Positions 63,260-64,000 of a DNA stretch of 64,000 nt are shown piece after piece. The stretch spans positions 28,188,710-28,252,709 of the forward strand of contig NC_057719.1 of assembly GCF_004010195.1 (NCBI RefSeq). The letters run 5' to 3'. Positions within the stretch are counted from its first letter, which is position 1. Every line of letters begins with the position of its first letter. The DNA is from Chiloscyllium plagiosum. Lineage: Eukaryota. A model generated the notes under the pieces. It was not told where the DNA came from and did no database searches. It saw only the letters and a list, made by a program, of their open reading frames with translations. The position numbers were made by a program, and so were the translations under genes.

Positions 63260-63670
63260 GTATCACTCACCTTGGAGCAGAAAAGCAATTAATTCAAACA
63301 CATTGCAGTATCTGGAGTACATAATGTAGGCTGATAATTGAGTGCAGTACCAAAGGAATGCTGCAATGTCAATGTTCAGGAGAAAGTGAGGGCTCCAGAT
63401 GCTGGAGAGTCAGAGTCGAAAAGTATGCGCTGGAAAAAGCACAATAGATCAGGCAGCATCCAAGGAACAGGAGAGATGAAGGGCTGATGCCCAAAATGTC
63501 GACTCTCCTACTCCTTGAATACTGCCTGGCTCGCTGTTGTTTTTCCACGCGATAGGTTTTGACTCTGCAATGTCAATGGTGTCACACTTAAGTGAAATCT
63601 TAAATCAAGACCTTCTCTGTCCTCTTAGGAGTGTAAAAAAAAATCAAATAGTAACTTTTCAACAAGAGCA
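63260..63670 (+). mobile_element. Deu-domain SINE 5' part interrupted by a PLE fold-back
   Basis: taggctgataattgagtgcagtacc...ctgcaatgtcaatg[insert]gtgtc...ttaaatcaagacc...ttttcaacaagagca resembles 9785-9935. Confidence 0.55.
63375..63564. mobile_element. Fold-back PLE mini-element, family A
   Basis: Inverted arms meet at ggaga|gatgaagggctgatgccc. An exact 14-bp direct repeat ctgcaatgtcaatg lies at 63361-63374 and 63565-63578. Confidence 0.88.
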
Positions 63671-63724
63671 AAACAGGTTAAACAATCAATGTTTACTCTT
63701 CAACCAACATCACAAGGAAATTTC

Positions 63725-64000
63725 CCATCCAAGGACCTGTTCAAATGTCTTTTAAATGCTGTAATCATATTCGCCTCTACTAGTTCCTCTAGCACCTCAT
63801 TCCATATTCACAGAACTCTGAAAAAGTTGCCTTTCAGGACCCTTTTAAATCTTTCCCATCTCACCTCAAACCTATGCTCTCTGGTTCTGAACTCCCTACC
63901 CTGAGGAAAAGACCTTCGCTATTCACCTTATTTATGCCCCTCATGATTTTACAAACCTCTAGAAGATCACCCCTCAGCCTCCTACACTCCACTGAAAACA
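63725..64000 (-). mobile_element. CR1 3' fragment, running off the window
   Basis: Collinear with 51680-51950 (aaaagttgcctttcaggacc...tcacccctcagcctcc). Confidence 0.8.

Noticed and set aside
1..64000. CRISPR arrays, rRNA, operons or intact viral or transposase genes
   Set aside because: No regularly spaced repeat-spacer array or long intact ORF; the content is vertebrate retrotransposon-rich non-coding DNA.

Overview
Vertebrate, repeat-dense, essentially non-coding DNA. HE1-type and Deu-domain SINEs point to an elasmobranch (shark). There are two assembly gaps (25705-26502, 28375-28424). No intact protein-coding gene is recognisable: almost every long ORF in the track is a decayed retrotransposon frame or spurious. 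The window contains many CR1- and L2-like LINE fragments (several nested), at least four SINE families, and Penelope-like elements (PLEs) from at least three families. The PLE termini carry minimal hammerhead-ribozyme (HHR) motifs, three of which look intact. Most notable: (1) five ~160-210 bp fold-back PLE mini-insertions from three families whose inversion point falls on the HHR, three of them with 11-15 bp target-site duplications (TSDs); (2) a ~2.9 kb endonuclease-RT LINE with no room for ORF1 and a tRNA-like Pol III head, plus a 340 bp SINE made of that LINE's head joined to its tail; (3) two small phase-compatible plus-strand exon candidates (21706-21758, 23164-23222) in repeat-free DNA, from a gene I cannot identify. 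Family names come from pattern recall, not database searches, and boundaries of old repeats are approximate.
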